DNA from: Bongovirus reindeer
Taxonomy: Duplodnaviria; Heunggongvirae; Uroviricota; Caudoviricetes; Vilmaviridae
DNA length: 64,000 nt
Direction: 5' to 3' (one strand)
Virus record (IMG/VR): IMGVR_UViG_2974717242_000001
Span: 18,357-82,356 of that record
Position 1 is the first letter of the stretch. Each line of letters begins with the position of its first letter. The translations under genes and the position numbers were made by a program. The notes below the pieces were generated by a model that saw only the letters and a list, made by a program, of their open reading frames with translations, was not told the DNA's origin and searched no databases. Positions 46,991 to 56,237 of the stretch are shown here, piece by piece.

Positions 46991-47701
46991 ATGAGCTACT
47001 ACTGGTTCAACAGCAACCCCGTGGAACTGGGGCCATGCGTCGACTTGACCACTGATCAGCGCAAGTTGATTGAGGCGACTCCGAACTTGCGTCGGGCTTC
47101 GTTGAACAATGCGGTGCTGTTTGGTGGGCCGCTGCTGCGGATCCTGTTGGCTCACGCTCCGCTGACCGGCAAGCACAGGCATGTGTTCGTGGACACGAAG
47201 GTGTCGATGTTGATGCCTGGCTGGTGGCCTGCGATCCCTGGTTGGCATACCGATGGTGTTCCGCGCCAGATCAGGGTTCCCGAGGGCTCCGACATGGCTC
47301 CTTACAGCCCGACGGGTAACGGTCAGCCGTCACTGCGGAAGCAGGCCGACATGCACCTTGGGGGTTACCGGCCGATCTATCACACGATCCATGTCGGCAA
47401 CGACTGCCCCACCGAGTTCATTGATGGCCAGCTGCGGATGCCCATCGATCACGATGAGGATGATCAGATGTACGCGGAGATGACCCGCAAGATCAACGAG
47501 TGCTCGACGCTGCGGAAGCTGAAGGCCGTTGAGGGCCAGTGGATGACGTGGGACTGGTTCAATATTCACCAGGCGACGCAGGCCACTGAGCGGGGTTGGC
47601 GGCTGTTGATTCGTGTGACCGAGTCGGATGTGCCGCCCGCGAGTTCGAATTTCATTCGGGTGCAGAACCAGGTGTACACACCGCAGGAGTTCGGTTGGTG
47701 A
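46991..47701 (+). CDS. hypothetical protein (possible Fe/2OG-oxygenase-like, HxD...H)
   Basis: RBS GGGAGG before ATG 46991. WHTDG ... IYHTIH. Stoperator-like site 20 bp upstream. Confidence 0.45.
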   Translation: MSYYWFNSNPVELGPCVDLTTDQRKLIEATPNLRRASLNNAVLFGGPLLRILLAHAPLTGKHRHVFVDTKVSMLMPGWWPAIPGWHTDGVPRQIRVPEGSDMAPYSPTGNGQPSLRKQADMHLGGYRPIYHTIHVGNDCPTEFIDGQLRMPIDHDEDDQMYAEMTRKINECSTLRKLKAVEGQWMTWDWFNIHQATQATERGWRLLIRVTESDVPPASSNFIRVQNQVYTPQEFGW

Positions 47702-47809
47702 CGTTGCGCGACAGGATCGATCAGGAGTGCGGGCTGGGTGGGCTCGTGATCGATGAGAGTGATCTGTATGGCCGTCACAGCATGCGGGTGGCCACCGAGG
47801 AGTTGAACC

Positions 47810-48331
47810 GTGCCGAAGACGATTGAATCCCGCCTTATTGAACGTTCACTGCGTGACCCCGAGTCTGGATGCCTTAGGTGGCAGGGGCAGCGCAATCGCA
47901 AGGGATACGGCCATATCTCCATTGACGGGAGGAGGGTCGGTGTTCACCGGGTCGCATATATGACGTGGGTGGGTCCGATCCCGGACGGGTACGAGATTGA
48001 CCACGTTTTCGCGCGGGGGTGCGTGCACCGAGACTGCATTGAGCCGACCCATCTCGAAGCCGTGACCCGCCAGGAGAACATGGCACGCATTCCCGCCGAT
48101 CACCGCGCCGAGTCCAAGATTACGCACTGCCCCAGCGGGCATCTCTATGACGAGGAAAACATCAGGTGGACAACCCGAAACGGCTATCAAACGCGTGACT
48201 GCCGAACATGCTGGCGTCAGAGGATCAACAGCGAGAAGCTCTGCGGCTGCGGGGCTAGCTACCGAGTGAAGAACGGAACGCGACATCGAGCGACGGTGGC
48301 GCACAAGGCATGGGAGCGGACGTCCAAATGA
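47810..48331 (+). CDS. HNH endonuclease
   Basis: GVHRVAYMTW ... IDHVFARGCVHRDCIEPTHLEAVTRQENM HNH core. 173 aa. Confidence 0.6.
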   Translation: MPKTIESRLIERSLRDPESGCLRWQGQRNRKGYGHISIDGRRVGVHRVAYMTWVGPIPDGYEIDHVFARGCVHRDCIEPTHLEAVTRQENMARIPADHRAESKITHCPSGHLYDEENIRWTTRNGYQTRDCRTCWRQRINSEKLCGCGASYRVKNGTRHRATVAHKAWERTSK

Positions 48332-48684
48332 CCAGGGAAGCCCAACCGATGACCGCACGCGACAAGGTGGCCGAAGCGATCAGCCGACAGGCCGAATGGG
48401 AGGCCGTCAGCATCCCTTATCCGAAGATCGAACGGTTGGCCGACGCCGCTATCGGCGCGCACATGGAGGCACTCTCCGAGACGGGCCACGTTGTGGTGAA
48501 ACTGCCCGAGCCGACAGCGCAATGGGCTGGAGGACCAGAATGGCGCTACGGCGACTCTGTTGTGTGGACCGCACCCGGTGGGAATGTCATGGTGCAGAAC
48601 GTCGAGCCCGGTGACCTCCACCCCGAGCAGGCTCGCATGCTCGGGGCCTGGCTCCTCGCCGCTGCCGCGAAGGCGGAATCATGA
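48328..48684 (+). CDS. hypothetical protein
   Basis: ATGA overlap start inside track ORF 48310-48684. Confidence 0.45.
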   Translation: MTREAQPMTARDKVAEAISRQAEWEAVSIPYPKIERLADAAIGAHMEALSETGHVVVKLPEPTAQWAGGPEWRYGDSVVWTAPGGNVMVQNVEPGDLHPEQARMLGAWLLAAAAKAES

Positions 48685-48842
48685 GACTGACAGAGAAGCT
48701 GTCCGAGGAGGCGCAAGCCATAAGCCGACGAGCCGACACTGCGGCCAACGGCGTAACGCGGGAGATCCTGTACGCCGAATGGAGTGGTCTACAGCGCGCA
48801 ATCTTCCTGCTGAAGCACTACACGTGGGAGCCGGAATCGTGA
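48681..48842 (+). CDS. small hypothetical protein (53 aa)
   Basis: ATGA overlap. MRLTEKLSEEAQAISRRADTAANGVTREILYAEWSGLQRAIFLLKHYTWEPES. Below track cutoff. Confidence 0.4.
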   Translation: MRLTEKLSEEAQAISRRADTAANGVTREILYAEWSGLQRAIFLLKHYTWEPES

Positions 48843-49273
48843 GTATTAACAATCGACGTGCACGCTGCGCTGTCAGGGTGGCCAGCTGGATCCTCCGAAC
48901 CTTTGCCCCCGATTACTCGCGGGTGCTGAACAACATGTGGCAGCCGCGAGATGGAGCGCGCCCTCCGGGAGGTCGAGGAATCATGAGCGCAGAAGCCATC
49001 GTTCCCTGCTTCACATGCGGGACGACCCTGAAAAACGTATCCGAAGAGCTGGATAACCAGCCGTACGAGGGGACCGAGTTCATCACGTGCGGTCATTACG
49101 GTTCAACGTTCTGGGACAGCTTCGACGGAGAAGAACTGGTCATCAACATCTGTGACGATTGCCTACGCCGCAACACTGAACGCATAGCGATCAGGAAGTC
49201 CAGCGAAAGCCCTGGCGAGGCTCTCCAGTGGAATATCGCGATGAGACCCTATAGGGAAGGCGGGGAGTCTTGA
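48839..49273 (+). CDS. zinc-ribbon protein
   Basis: GTGA overlap start. Alternative ATG 48983 with GGAGG RBS. CFTCG ... CGHYG ... CDDC. Confidence 0.45.
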   Translation: MSINNRRARCAVRVASWILRTFAPDYSRVLNNMWQPRDGARPPGGRGIMSAEAIVPCFTCGTTLKNVSEELDNQPYEGTEFITCGHYGSTFWDSFDGEELVINICDDCLRRNTERIAIRKSSESPGEALQWNIAMRPYREGGES

Positions 49274-49767
49274 CCCGACGAGTTCTGATCACCGGCAGCC
49301 GTGATTGGGCTGACCGTCAAGCGGTGTGGATGGCGCTGAATCACGAGTTGGGGCACGAGGATGCACGCCAAGGGGGCCTCCTGGTGATCCACGGCGATTG
49401 CCCCACTGGTGCCGACCGGTTCGCTCACGAGTGGTACCTGATGCAGGGTTCGAAGTGGGTGCAGGAGAAGGCGATGCCTGCTGACTGGGGGCGGGATTGC
49501 ACCAGCCAGTGTCATCATCGGCCACGTTTCAAGAACGGCAAGCGGTATTGCCCAGTCGCTGGGCACTTGCGGAATCAGGCGATGGTCGACTTCGGCGCTG
49601 ACGTGTGTTTGGCGTTCCCGCTGGAGGATTCGCGTGGCACGCACGATTGCATGCGTCGCGCGGAGAAGGCTGGCATCACGGTCCACAATCTTGGTTGGGG
49701 CGGGGAGCGTTGCCTGCCGAACCTGGGCTATCACTCGACACCACACAGGGGGTGCCCTCTCAGATGA
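49270..49767 (+). CDS. SLOG-family (DUF2493/YspA-like) protein
   Basis: N-terminal ITGSRDW motif typical of DUF2493. 165 aa. Confidence 0.5.
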   Translation: MTRRVLITGSRDWADRQAVWMALNHELGHEDARQGGLLVIHGDCPTGADRFAHEWYLMQGSKWVQEKAMPADWGRDCTSQCHHRPRFKNGKRYCPVAGHLRNQAMVDFGADVCLAFPLEDSRGTHDCMRRAEKAGITVHNLGWGGERCLPNLGYHSTPHRGCPLR

Positions 49768-50423
49768 GCAACGTATTCTTCACATCCGATCTGCATATCG
49801 GACACAAGAGGGTCATCGCTTCCCGCCTCAGGTTGGACGGCAAGCCCGCGTTTCCGGACCTTGACAACCTGCCAGAGTGGTTCGGGGAGTATGAGATTGA
49901 GTCCGCGCACAGGATCCTCGCCGACAGGTGGGACACCACGGTCGGTAAAGATGATGTGGTGTGGGTGTTGGGTGACATCTCATCTGGCACGAAGTCGGGG
50001 CAGGAGGCGGCGCTGGAGTGGCTGTCGCGGCGTCCTGGCCGGAAGCGCCTCATCAAGGGCAACCATGACGGAGTGCACCCGATGTACCGGGATAAAGCCA
50101 AGTGGGCCAAGGCGTATGGCGAGGTGTTCGAGGACATGGACATCGCTGCCCGTATCCGTGTCGCGTTGAGCGGTGGCGGGCATGTGGATGCCGTGTTGTC
50201 GCATTTCCCGTACACAGGTGACCACACGGGTATTGATCGCCACACGCAGTGGCGGCTGCCGAATAACGGCACGATCCTGCTGCACGGGCACACGCACAGT
50301 TCTCGTAGGTTGTCGAGTTCTGGTGGGGCCCTGCAGGTTCACGTGGGTGTGGACGCGTGGAACGGCTACCCGGTGTCGATGGATGAGGTCCGTTCGTATG
50401 TCGAAATTTGGGAGGAAACATGA
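49764..50423 (+). CDS. metallophosphoesterase (calcineurin-like)
   Basis: ATGA overlap. DLHIGH, GDISSG, GNHD, GHTH phosphoesterase motifs. Confidence 0.7.
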   Translation: MSNVFFTSDLHIGHKRVIASRLRLDGKPAFPDLDNLPEWFGEYEIESAHRILADRWDTTVGKDDVVWVLGDISSGTKSGQEAALEWLSRRPGRKRLIKGNHDGVHPMYRDKAKWAKAYGEVFEDMDIAARIRVALSGGGHVDAVLSHFPYTGDHTGIDRHTQWRLPNNGTILLHGHTHSSRRLSSSGGALQVHVGVDAWNGYPVSMDEVRSYVEIWEET

Positions 50424-50653
50424 CCGAGTTCTTCACTGTCATTGCCATGGTGGATGGGTGGCCCACATCGGACACTGACGTGTCTACGAACTCTCACCGG
50501 AGTGTTCGGTCATACAAGTCGGAGAAGATCGCTCAGCGGGCCATTCAGACGGCAGCACAGGATCCTCGTGTGACGTATCGGATCTTGCACACGGTGGTGG
50601 ATCCGGACATGACTGCCACATCGCGGTTCACTGACTTTGTGTGGTGCGTGTGA
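50420..50653 (+). CDS. hypothetical protein
   Basis: ATGA overlap, 77 aa. Confidence 0.5.
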   Translation: MTEFFTVIAMVDGWPTSDTDVSTNSHRSVRSYKSEKIAQRAIQTAAQDPRVTYRILHTVVDPDMTATSRFTDFVWCV

Positions 50654-50782
50654 GTCGCCGCGAGTTGGCGTTCTCGGTCACGCTGGATGACTGCCGGGTT
50701 GATACGTTCCGCGCTGTCGAGCGTGACATGTGGCCAGTGAATCTCAAGACCGAGGTTCGAGAGAATGGAAAGTGGGTAGTAG

Positions 50783-51328
50783 ATGGCGGTCACTGAAGCT
50801 CCGTTCGACCAGAACGGCAACATGATCTCGTACCCCGGTGAGATCACCGGCTGGGAGTGGTATCTCGATGATGAGGGCAACCAGCGGTACCGCGCCATCC
50901 GCGCCGAGATGACCCCAATGGAGCCGTTTTACGGTGAGATGCGTGTCGTTGGCATCGAGACCGGCCGCAGCGCGAAGCGTCTCGTCCTGGAGGACATCAA
51001 CACCGGCAAGACGTACCCGTTGTTTGTCGCGGACATCGTGAAGCTGCTGCAGGACGCTGGCACCGTGCTCACGGGGACATGGGGTGCGTCTAAGCGTGGC
51101 CAGAACTACGGCATCAAGCGAGTGGCTCCAGGGCCAGCGCAAGAGCGGCTCGAACAGATGAGGCCACTGCTGGGCAAGCAGGTGAAGGTCACCCTGGACA
51201 ACGAGGATCCGAAGGCCATCGCCACCGGCAAGCTGCTGAGCTTCAGTGACTGTGGTGATGTCGTGGTCGAGGACGATATGGGGTTCGTGCATTACTGCTG
51301 GCCGAACCTGAAGACGGAGGAGATCTGA
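50783..51328 (+). CDS. hypothetical protein
   Basis: 181 aa. A 48-aa GTGA-coupled ORF (50650-50796) may precede it. Confidence 0.55.
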   Translation: MAVTEAPFDQNGNMISYPGEITGWEWYLDDEGNQRYRAIRAEMTPMEPFYGEMRVVGIETGRSAKRLVLEDINTGKTYPLFVADIVKLLQDAGTVLTGTWGASKRGQNYGIKRVAPGPAQERLEQMRPLLGKQVKVTLDNEDPKAIATGKLLSFSDCGDVVVEDDMGFVHYCWPNLKTEEI

Positions 51329-51531
51329 TGAGCCTCGGTCTGACAGAAGGAGAGTGGGCTGCCATCCGGCGCGAAGCCGCTGACAGCCCACCCTTGACCG
51401 AAGCTCAGGTCAACCGGATCTCAATTATCGCTGGGATTATGCCAGTGGATGTCGATGTTGTGGCCCAGCGGCAACTTGGAAGCGGCACGACCAGTGACGC
51501 CGACGTGCCGTACCACAATCTTGTCGCATAG
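51328..51531 (+). CDS. hypothetical protein (convergent with integrase)
   Basis: ATGA overlap, 67 aa. 3' end overlaps integrase 3' end on the opposite strand. Confidence 0.45.
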   Translation: MSLGLTEGEWAAIRREAADSPPLTEAQVNRISIIAGIMPVDVDVVAQRQLGSGTTSDADVPYHNLVA

Positions 51532-52890
51532 CTGCTGGATGATGGCCCGCTTGCGGTCCAGCGGCAGCTCCACCCAGACAGCCTCGATGTTGTCGTGACT
51601 CAGCAGCCCGTCGTACACCCGTGACTTGGTGAGGCGGGCTAGCTGCGTTTCGATCTGCTCAAGCTTGGTGTCGACCTTGTTGGTGGCTTCCTTCACCTGC
51701 GCCGGGGTGAGGGTGCCATCAGCGAGGGCGTCGGTGAAGGAAAGCTTGCGCATCCGCAGCGTCTCAGCCTCAGCGTGGAGCGCTTTGGCTTTTTCCGCGT
51801 CAGCCTGGGTGCCGACCACCCACTTCCGCTCTTCAAGCTTGGCGACAACCATGGCCTCGACATACTTGTCGACCTTGTGACGCATCCGTGTGACGCCATG
51901 GTGGCAGACGCCGAAGTTCCTGCACCGGTAAACCCGCCCGCCTGTGGCGTTGCTGCTGGCAGCCATCTTGAAGCCACAGTTACCGCAGCGCGCAATGCCT
52001 GAGAGCAGCGTTACGCGCACCCGTGGGCCGGTCGGGCCCTTGTTTTTGCGGTCAAGGATCGCTGAGACCGCTTCCCACGTCTCAACGTCCACGATGGGTT
52101 CCCAGTCACCTTTGCCGATGATCTCGCCCCTGAAGCTGTACAGGCCAGCGTATCGGGGGCTTCTGAGGATCTTGGCTACAGCGGTGTCGATGAAGACGTT
52201 TCCTCGCGGTGTCTTGAGCCCTAGCTCGTTCCACTTCTTCGCGATTGAGTACACCGTGCCACCGGCGAGGATGTCGTCGTAGGCTTCGCGGATCGCGGCG
52301 GCTTCTTCCGGCACGACGTGACGCTTCTTGGCCTGCTTGTCGTAGGTGTAGCCGAACGCGGGTGCGCCCAATGGTCGCCCGCTGGTGGCGATCTGTTCGT
52401 ATGCGCGCATCTGTCTGGCTGTCCTGACTTCACCTTCGTTCTCGGCAACTGCTGCCAAGATTTTAGCTGTCATGCGTCCCGCGTCGGTGGTGAGATCGAT
52501 CAGACCTGTTTGGCAGGTCTCGATGGGGATGCGTTTGCCGTTGCGGTTCACCCCCTCAATGAGGTCGATGAGGGGCAGAAGGTCGCGCATTTTGCGGTAC
52601 AGCCGGTCTGAGCGCCACGTGATGATGGCGTCGAGCAGGCCTTCGCGGATGTCGGCGCACATCTCTTCGTACGATTCGCGGCGCACGTTTTCCTTGACAG
52701 CACTGCGGTCGTTGTCGATGTAGAGGACTGGTTCCCAGCCGAGGCGTTCGCACAGGGCGACGCAGTCCTCTCGTTGCCGCTCGATGCCCAGCTCCTTGTC
52801 GGTGGACATGCGGAGGTAGATGGCAGCTCTCAGCCGGGGCGGTGCTTCGTGCCTTGGCGGACTTTCGAGGGTTGCTGTCATGGGTGTCAT
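51421..52890 (-). CDS. int: large serine recombinase (integrase)
   Basis: N-terminal resolvase domain AAIYLRMSTDKE with catalytic Ser, ~490 aa with recombinase and Cys-rich zinc domains. Start chosen at MTPMTATLES with AAGGAG RBS. Confidence 0.85.
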   Translation of the reverse strand: MTPMTATLESPPRHEAPPRLRAAIYLRMSTDKELGIERQREDCVALCERLGWEPVLYIDNDRSAVKENVRRESYEEMCADIREGLLDAIITWRSDRLYRKMRDLLPLIDLIEGVNRNGKRIPIETCQTGLIDLTTDAGRMTAKILAAVAENEGEVRTARQMRAYEQIATSGRPLGAPAFGYTYDKQAKKRHVVPEEAAAIREAYDDILAGGTVYSIAKKWNELGLKTPRGNVFIDTAVAKILRSPRYAGLYSFRGEIIGKGDWEPIVDVETWEAVSAILDRKNKGPTGPRVRVTLLSGIARCGNCGFKMAASSNATGGRVYRCRNFGVCHHGVTRMRHKVDKYVEAMVVAKLEERKWVVGTQADAEKAKALHAEAETLRMRKLSFTDALADGTLTPAQVKEATNKVDTKLEQIETQLARLTKSRVYDGLLSHDNIEAVWVELPLDRKRAIIQQLCDKIVVRHVGVTGRAASKLPLGHNIDIHWHNPSDN

Positions 52891-52961
52891 TCTACGATAT
52901 AACTCCTTGTGATTAAAGGGCACTCAAACTAGTTAGTTAGAAAAACTATGTATCTGGATAT
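52891..52961. other. AT-rich region immediately 5' of integrase: candidate attP
   Basis: Local GC far below the genome average. Canonical position of attP for serine integrases. Core not determinable from sequence alone. Confidence 0.35.
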
Positions 52962-53015
52962 AAAAAAGGGGAGGCCGGATGCAGCCCCTCGTCTGCACCC
53001 GGCCTCCCTCTTCTT
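52962..53015. terminator. bidirectional intrinsic terminator
   Basis: A6 - GGGGAGGCCGG / CCGGCCTCCC - T-rich. 10-bp GC stem. Confidence 0.65.
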
Positions 53016-53265
53016 AGCCCCCGAGGACGACTACACGCCGAGCATCGGACAGGTGGAAGCCACCGCACCGACACTCGTACACGCCCTGCGGGGTGCGGTT
53101 CTTCTTGGCTCGCTTGTTCTTGGCGAGGATGTCCATCGAGACGCGGTGTGCCTCGGCGGCTGTGGCGAATCTGGTCTTCCAGGGGTTGGGGCAGGTGGGC
53201 CTGTGGACCTGGTAGACGTGGGCGGGCATGGTGACGCGTGGGGCTTTCAGCAGCGCGAGTGCCAT
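53014..53265 (-). CDS. hypothetical protein (Cys-containing)
   Basis: 83 aa, TGATG coupling to upstream gene. Confidence 0.5.
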   Translation of the reverse strand: MALALLKAPRVTMPAHVYQVHRPTCPNPWKTRFATAAEAHRVSMDILAKNKRAKKNRTPQGVYECRCGGFHLSDARRVVVLGG

Positions 53266-53465
53266 CAGTGACCGCCTACCGTCTTGAGGTGGCCACCGAT
53301 GGCGATGATCAGATCTAGCTGCTGATCTGGGGTGAGGGCCACGCCGTCGCGGTCGGCCGGGTTCGCACCCTCAGGCGCGATCTCAATGACGACATCACGA
53401 CCTGCGGAGATGAGGTTGAGCCGGTCCCCGTACACGTCTACGCAGGTGTACAGGTCTCCGCTCAT
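53265..53465 (-). CDS. hypothetical protein
   Basis: 66 aa, ATGA overlap. Confidence 0.5.
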   Translation of the reverse strand: MSGDLYTCVDVYGDRLNLISAGRDVVIEIAPEGANPADRDGVALTPDQQLDLIIAIGGHLKTVGGH

Positions 53466-53986
53466 GCAGCCACCTCACCCTTGAGGGCCTTCACCTGCGC
53501 CTTGGGCTTTGCTGGTGCCCGCTTGCGTGCGGGGCGCACAGCTGCCGCAGCTTCCCTTCGTGCCCGCTTGCCGATGGTCAGAGCGAGCAGCGCGATGGTG
53601 GAGAACGCCACGGACAGGTCCACGACGAGTGGCCACAGCCAGGCCACCCACACGCTCATGCCGCCTTGCTGCACTGCCAGCTCGAACAGTGACACGAAGG
53701 ACAGCACCAGGGCCACGACCGCGATTGCTGCGGTGAGGCCGAGGGCCACCCTGAAGAACATGCCGTCGATTTGGGTGCGGACCATGAGACTGAGCCCGTG
53801 TGTGGCGAGAGCCAGTACGACGGGCGGCACGAGGGCCATGCATGCCGCCACCCACGCGTTGTTGTTGTGGCTGTTGAACAGTGCGTGGGCGACGTTGCCG
53901 ACGATAGAGACGACGCTGGATCCGATGAGCCAGCGCCAGTAGAACGTGACTGCTTCTTTCTTGTACGCCGCGAGTGTGGTGGACAA
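53462..53986 (-). CDS. integral membrane protein (4-5 TM)
   Basis: 174 aa, multiple hydrophobic helices, basic C-terminal tail. TTG start after GAAGGGAA. Confidence 0.55.
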   Translation of the reverse strand: MSTTLAAYKKEAVTFYWRWLIGSSVVSIVGNVAHALFNSHNNNAWVAACMALVPPVVLALATHGLSLMVRTQIDGMFFRVALGLTAAIAVVALVLSFVSLFELAVQQGGMSVWVAWLWPLVVDLSVAFSTIALLALTIGKRARREAAAAVRPARKRAPAKPKAQVKALKGEVAA

Positions 53987-54012
53987 TGTGTGTTATTCCC
54001 TTCTGTCGTGTT

Positions 54013-54243
54013 TTAGATGGTCAGGTACTGCGTGATGTGGGGGACGCGCTCAATGGCTGCTGTCGCAGCCATGTAGTTGCCCTCGGCGCACTTCTTGGCC
54101 GCCGTGCGGATGAGCGACACAGCCATCTCGAGTTTGTGGATGTGGTCGATGGCCTCGATGTGCGACGAAACCAACTCTCGCTCAACAACAGTCAGCAGCG
54201 GAGCGTTGTCCTGAATGGTGAGCAGTTCCCGCTTGGTGATCAC
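54013..54243 (-). CDS. hypothetical protein
   Basis: GTG start after AAGAAGGGAA, 76 aa. Confidence 0.5.
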   Translation of the reverse strand: MITKRELLTIQDNAPLLTVVERELVSSHIEAIDHIHKLEMAVSLIRTAAKKCAEGNYMAATAAIERVPHITQYLTI

Positions 54244-54347
54244 AGATTGGTTCCCTTCTTGACCGGACGGAATGCCTCGTAACCGATGTAGGCGAGGTAG
54301 ATGCCCCAGATGGCCAGCGCTAGGAACTGGCCGAGTGTGAGCTGCAT
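54240..54347 (-). CDS. tiny membrane peptide (35 aa)
   Basis: RBS GAGAAGGGAAAAC-ATG. MQLTLGQFLALAIWGIYLAYIGYEAFRPVKKGTNL. GTGA overlap with downstream gene. Confidence 0.4.
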   Translation of the reverse strand: MQLTLGQFLALAIWGIYLAYIGYEAFRPVKKGTNL

Positions 54348-54430
54348 GTTTTCCCTTCTCGTGAATTTGCCGTGAATGTAGGCCTGTCCTGTATTTGCAG
54401 GTCAGCCCATGTTTTGGCCCAGAAAGCCAG

Positions 54431-54460
54431 AAGGCCCCCCGACATGAGCCGGGGGGCCTT
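54431..54460. terminator. intrinsic terminator hairpin
   Basis: AAGGCCCCCCG-acatgag-CGGGGGGCCTT. Perfect 11-bp stem. Confidence 0.6.
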
Positions 54461-54475
54461 CCTACCTACTGGGAA

Positions 54476-55000
54476 CTAGGTGGGGTTCTTCAGGTAATCG
54501 ATCCATTTGATGCAGCTGCGGCGCACCTTCTGCCGCATCTGCTCGGGGGTGCGCTTCAAGCAGTGACTACACATGCGGTAACCGCGTCCCTGTACCTCGC
54601 CGACAGTGAGCGCCGAGAGGTGAACGAGCGGCCGCACTGGTGTGCGCAGCGTGATGGTTCGGCAGAACGCCGTGGTGTGCACAGCGCCCGAGGGGACGCG
54701 GACGTACAGGTTGAACTCGCCGCCGCGCAGCCAGGCCCGTTCAGCATTGCTGAGCATGTCGGCTAGGCGTTGCCCTCGGGGCCTCATCGCGTCGGCACGC
54801 TCACGTTGCCCACGCTGCAGGTAGTTGGTGTACTGTTTGCGGAAATCGCGGATCTCATCGAAAAGCGCAATTAACTCCGATGCTACTTCTATCAACTCCT
54901 CTTCGCTCATGGTGTGTCGGACTTGTGCATGTGGCAACCACCCTCCCTTTTTGGCCGTTGCTAGCTTGAACCTGGGGGGTGATTTTACTTGTGCCGTCAT
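54476..55000 (-). CDS. hypothetical protein in isolated transcription unit
   Basis: 174 aa. RBS GAAGGGAA at start, terminator hairpins on both sides (54431-54460 and 55073-55106), stoperator-like site 54387-54405 just downstream. C-terminal CSHC. Confidence 0.55.
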   Translation of the reverse strand: MTAQVKSPPRFKLATAKKGGWLPHAQVRHTMSEEELIEVASELIALFDEIRDFRKQYTNYLQRGQRERADAMRPRGQRLADMLSNAERAWLRGGEFNLYVRVPSGAVHTTAFCRTITLRTPVRPLVHLSALTVGEVQGRGYRMCSHCLKRTPEQMRQKVRRSCIKWIDYLKNPT

Positions 55001-55072
55001 GATTCCCTTCGAGCCTTCCAGCAGGTCCGTGACTCCTGCCTAGACCGTTGTACGTTGCTAAACACAGCAGAA

Positions 55073-55106
55073 GGGCACCGGATCGGGCTGACCCGGTGCC
55101 CTTCCT
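55073..55106. terminator. intrinsic terminator hairpin
   Basis: AAGGGCACCGG ... CCGGTGCCCTT. Confidence 0.5.
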
Positions 55107-55112
55107 CCCTAT

Positions 55113-55361
55113 TCAGTGCACGTCGACCTGTTGATCGTGGTAGCCCATGCGGTGCAATAGTTCATCGACACTGCCCTGTAGGTTGCTGCGGGCGAATGTG
55201 GCGAAGTCGGCTCGGGCTTCGCTGGCGTTGTCAAGCCCGAAGTCAATGGCCCACGCAGCAAGGTCCATCCCCGTGATGGTGACGGTGAATGTGAGCTGGT
55301 CGTCATCGTTCACGTGGCAGACGTGTTCCTGCCCGCAGTGTGGGCATGTGGTCTTGGCCAT
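55113..55361 (-). CDS. small Cys/His-rich protein
   Basis: RBS GGAGGG. MAKTTCPHCGQEHVCH, 82 aa. Confidence 0.5.
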   Translation of the reverse strand: MAKTTCPHCGQEHVCHVNDDDQLTFTVTITGMDLAAWAIDFGLDNASEARADFATFARSNLQGSVDELLHRMGYHDQQVDVH

Positions 55362-55364
55362 GTG

Positions 55365-55598
55365 TCAGACCCTCCCGGCTCGCATGCTGCTGGCGACGAT
55401 GTCGAGCACGTCGTCCCGGCTGAGCCCCAGGTCGGCATTGAGCTGGTCAACCGTCTCCTCCGCCTCACCCAGGGTGCGGTGCAGGCCGAACACGGGGGTC
55501 CAGCCAGCCTCGTCCTCGACCACCTTGGCGATCTCGTACCCCTGCTGGGCTCGGTTGAAGTACGACTCGTTCGCGTAGTAGCACGTCCTCTTGTCCAT
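55365..55598 (-). CDS. hypothetical protein
   Basis: RBS GAGAAGGGGAAACC-ATG. Track ORF extended to 55643. Confidence 0.5.
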   Translation of the reverse strand: MDKRTCYYANESYFNRAQQGYEIAKVVEDEAGWTPVFGLHRTLGEAEETVDQLNADLGLSRDDVLDIVASSMRAGRV

Positions 55599-55676
55599 GG
55601 TTTCCCCTTCTCTTGTGTAGCTCTGAATTGAGCAGGGGCGCAACGGATCCAGTGACCCGTTGAACCCCCTCCCGAT

Positions 55677-55859
55677 TCAGCGAATTCTACTCACACATTC
55701 CGGTGGGTAGCCCATGCGCTTGAACTCCGCTTGCGCGGCCTCGAGGACGACGGTTTTGATGTCGTCCCGCGCCGACCGTGGACCTGCCAGGTTGTAGCTG
55801 TCCGCGTACTCCCACAGGTCGAGGTCGACGGCCAGGTTGACCACTACCCGGCCATGCAT
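55677..55859 (-). CDS. hypothetical protein
   Basis: 60 aa from ATG 55859. Confidence 0.4.
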   Translation of the reverse strand: MHGRVVVNLAVDLDLWEYADSYNLAGPRSARDDIKTVVLEAAQAEFKRMGYPPECVSRIR

Positions 55860-55864
55860 AGGCC

Positions 55865-56140
55865 TCACCGGCCCCGCTGAATGAGGATGGTGCCCGACTT
55901 CAGCCCGTCGACCAGCTCGGCCACCTTGAACCAGTGCTCAAAGGTGGCTGAGACGCGCACCCACTTGTCGCGGAAGTCGCCCGTGCCCCAGTGGGCGAAC
56001 CCTGGGCCCTGGCCCTCCGTGAAGGTGCGCAGCACACCGACGAACTCGGAGCCACCGCGTTCAATGTGGATGAGGTAACCCTTCTCGACGGCGTCCATCA
56101 GTTCACCCATGACCTTCACGTCTGCGAGCGTTGTGTCCAT
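55865..56140 (-). CDS. hypothetical protein
   Basis: RBS GAGAAGGGAATAGAGAT-ATG. Track ORF extended to 56212. Confidence 0.5.
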   Translation of the reverse strand: MDTTLADVKVMGELMDAVEKGYLIHIERGGSEFVGVLRTFTEGQGPGFAHWGTGDFRDKWVRVSATFEHWFKVAELVDGLKSGTILIQRGR

Positions 56141-56237
56141 ATCTCTATTCCCTTCTCGTGTGTTTGCAGCTGAATACAGCAGGGGCGCAGCAGATCTCGC
56201 GACCTGCTGCACCCCCTCCCCATTCAGTTGTCAGTGC

